DNA of 53,699 nucleotides, filler included, from Jimgerdemannia flammicorona (taxonomy: Eukaryota): NCBI GenBank assembly GCA_003990765.1. It is 3 parts of 3 records of this genome, joined end to end, with 100 filler letters (N's around TTAATTAATTAA, not from the genome) between each part and the next. Parts side by side here need not be neighbours in the genome. Positions count along the whole stretch, not along the records: positions 35,869 to 53,699 come from RBNJ01002391.1; 2 more parts are not named here. The stretch is one strand, 5' to 3'. The notes under the pieces are model-generated. The model did not search any database. It was not told where the DNA came from and saw only the letters and a list, made by a program, of their open reading frames with translations. Positions 50,901 through 53,699 of the stretch are shown here, piece by piece (the stretch's first letter is position 1; every line of letters begins with the position of its first letter). The translations under genes were made by a program, and so were the position numbers.

Positions 50901-53699
50901 GTGAGGTGGACTTCTGCTAGACTGACTAGACTCTTGGAAGATTGGGCAGAGCTAGCAACAGTGGAGGGGGGAGAGGATTGGAGATTAATGAGGGTGAAAA
51001 TGAAGGTTGGTGAATTACAACAGGTGCTGTAGGATGAGGAGGAGGCAAGGGTGCAGAGCTTGGCAGTGTGGCTTCATTGGCAGAGTTTGGAGGAAGGGGA
51101 GAGGCCCTCCAAGTAGCTCACAAGAGCCCTTCAGATGAGAAGAGTACAGCAAAAATGGGAGGGGGTACTTGACTCTGATGGTATACTAGTGTATAGTATA
51201 CAAGACATTCTTGGTTTGTTAAAGGAGCAATGAAGTGGATTATGGAGTAAGGGAGAGGGTGGAGCAGATACTACTGCCATTGACTAGGCATTGGAGGATT
51301 GGCACTCTTTATGAGTAGATAGGCTGAGTGACTTGGTATTACCAGTACAAGAGAAAGAGATCTACCAGGTTTTTGCCATGACAACTCTGGGTATGGTATC
51401 TGGGGAGGATGGTCTGCCCTGAGACTTCTGGAAGAAGATGGTGGGAGTCTCAGAAGTACTGGGTGAGATGATGGCATTGTATGACTTTATATTATAGAGA
51501 GAGAGGTAGGTGGGGGAGCAGGATCTGGGGCTGGTGACATTACTATATAAGGATAAAGGAAGGTGAGAGAACTGGAAGAACTGGCAGCCAATTATGCTGC
51601 TGGATATAGACAGAAAGTTGGTAACTAAGATGGTGGTTGCAAGACTACAGAAGGTGGTCCAGTAGGTCTTGGGTGTTGAGCAGAGGGGCTTTGTAGGAGG
51701 CTGGCTCATTAGAGATAGCATAGCCTGGGTATATAGAGTTATTAAAGGGGCACAAGCTTGTGAACTGGATGGGTGACTGGTCTTCTTGGACCAGGAGAAG
51801 GCTTATAACTGGGTGTGGTGAGTCTGGCTGGTGAAAGTATTGAATAGGACTGGGATACCACACCAGTTCTGGTCAGCAATGATCAGCCTACTGGAAGAGA
51901 GTAGGGCTGCACTCATATGTAATAGACATAGAGGGGTATCATTTCCTCTAGGTGGGAGTGTGCTCCAGGGAGACCCACTGTCCACCATTCTATATGCTCT
52001 TTCTCTGGAGCCCCTAATAGACAGAATTAGGTAGAAGATAGTGGGGCTCTCCATCTTTGGAATTGGGTGAAAAGTTGGGGTCTTTGCAGATGATATGGTG
52101 GTCAGCCTGGGGTCCATTGTAGATGTTGAGGAGCTCAAGAGGACAGTGGAGTGGTATGAGGAGAACTCTAGGGCTAAACTCAATTGGTATAAGTGTGAGA
52201 CAATGGTATTGGGAAATAGTCTGGTGGGTGAGGATGTTATCAGAACAATTATCCCTACTGGTGAGATAGTACAGTACTTGGGTATTTATTTGTCAGTATA
52301 TGAGTCAGTACTATCTAGACTTTGGTGGGAGCAGAGGGTTAGAATCTGGGGGGAGGCCCTGCAGAGTTGGGGGGGTCACTACTTGTCTCTAGTGGGGCAT
52401 ATCTCAATTTTGAATGTCTATTGGCTGCCAAAGTTGTGATATCTGGCTTATTATTTGGACTTCCCCGCCTAGGTAGTAAAGTAATTAATGAAGCTAGCCA
52501 AGGGGTGGATCTGGGCTGGAAGAAGTCAGATCAGTTGAGAGGTCTTATCCTTACTAGTGGTAAGAGAAGGGCTTGGGCTGGTCAACTTTCTGAAGAGACT
52601 ATACTACTTGAGAGCATAGTGATTAAATAGAGCAGTGGAATTGAGAGGAAGTGGTTAGGTCCCCCTATTGCAGAAGGTCTGAGAGATGAGGTCCTCATTA
52701 AGAGGCTTGACAGGTGATCTCTTATTATTGGTTGGACTTCATAATACTGTATAATTGTGATACAAAGGCTTCTGGTGGAGAGTAGCAGAGGGGGCACACT
52801 ATATTGGAATTTATTGGTAGAGTAATAAAGGAGAGGTGGCTTGGGATCCAGTGATATAGAGATGGGACCAAGTGTTGCTGAGAGGCATTCTCTTAATTGA
52901 GTTTGACATTAGTGAGGAGATAGATTGCCAAAGGAGACAAGGCCAGAATCTGTAGCCTAGTGGATAGCAGGGAGTAAGTATCAGAGAAGAGTGAAACTGG
53001 TATGGTGTGTGGGCCTGGAGTACTGAGGTGAGGAGATGGATACCACTAAAGTACTGGGTGGTCTGGTGGCATATGCTAAGGAGAAATGTAATGCTCAACT
53101 TCTGCTCAGGTCACCTTATCAAGGGGAGTTGCTTTGACTGTGAGGAGTGCCACAATGTAGAGCAGGAAGGGGGATATATGCAGATACCTGAACATTGGCT
53201 AGGAGAGTGTGAGGTACTTAGTGACTTTTGGCAGACTGTTGGAGATTGTTTAGGGGTAGTGTGTAGGGGAGATAGCATACAGGGTCAGTGAGAGAATTTG
53301 AGAGATAGATTGGTGGGGGGGGTAGAAAAGGAGTGACTTACCTTAGGCTGGGTTTTGGTAATTTAGATGGGGTTAGTCAGTCACTAGCTATTTATTTTTG
53401 AAGATGGGAGGAGACTTGGCTTGGAGGACTGGTTGGTATGTTGGCATAGCCTTATGGAAGACACCTTGACAGGCTGGTGGCTTGGTTGGGGGTTGCAGAG
53501 TGGTTGAAGGTATTGCTTAGTAAAGATCTATAGGCAGAGTGGGAGGAGGGTAGGAGTAGTGAGTGAGAAGGTGGTCTTTATAAGTAATAATGCAGGGAGA
53601 GGCTCTCCTATAGGGATCAGATAGTGGGAGGAGATACTGTAAACTTATTAATAGACTAGTAATAAATAGCAGAGTCTAAGTGACTATAAAAAAAAAAAA
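47930..53699 (+). mobile_element. Full-length decayed L1/Tx1-like LINE (ORF1 about 48.0-49.9 kb; ORF2 APE-RT-Zn about 49.95-53.6 kb)
   Basis: APE ILSLNVNGL..FFLQD at about 49990-50090; RT FLDQEKAYN, VLQGDPLSTILYAL, FADD, YLGI; C-terminal CEEC..EHWLGEC; poly(A) at the window end. Confidence 0.95.

Overview
Eukaryotic genomic scaffold, most likely from an early-diverging fungus (inference from short GT-AG introns, fungal-type TEs and RPS2). It is a heavily nested transposon graveyard in which almost every repeat is riddled with C>T/G>A transitions. Three islands retain CpG: about 8.15-11.6 kb (F-box/LRR gene), 17.35-17.83 kb (tRNA-like element) and 30.2-32.0 kb (intact 4-exon orphan gene). Repeats include four Ty3/Gypsy elements (labelled C, A, D, B), one full Ty1/Copia, one full-length and two partial L1/Tx1-like LINEs, a second LINE-like 3' family, solo LTRs, hAT-like elements and several tandem arrays. 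Back-mutating transitions reveals features the ORF track misses: (i) an apparently homologous accessory ORF between integrase and the 3' LTR of three different Gypsy elements, (ii) dUTPase at two different pol positions in two Gypsy elements, (iii) a decayed caspase-like (peptidase C14) gene with bacterial-type motifs, and (iv) a processed RPS2 pseudogene that records the mutation spectrum. Translations and alignments were done by eye, TE boundaries are approximate unless termini are stated, and no database searches were run.
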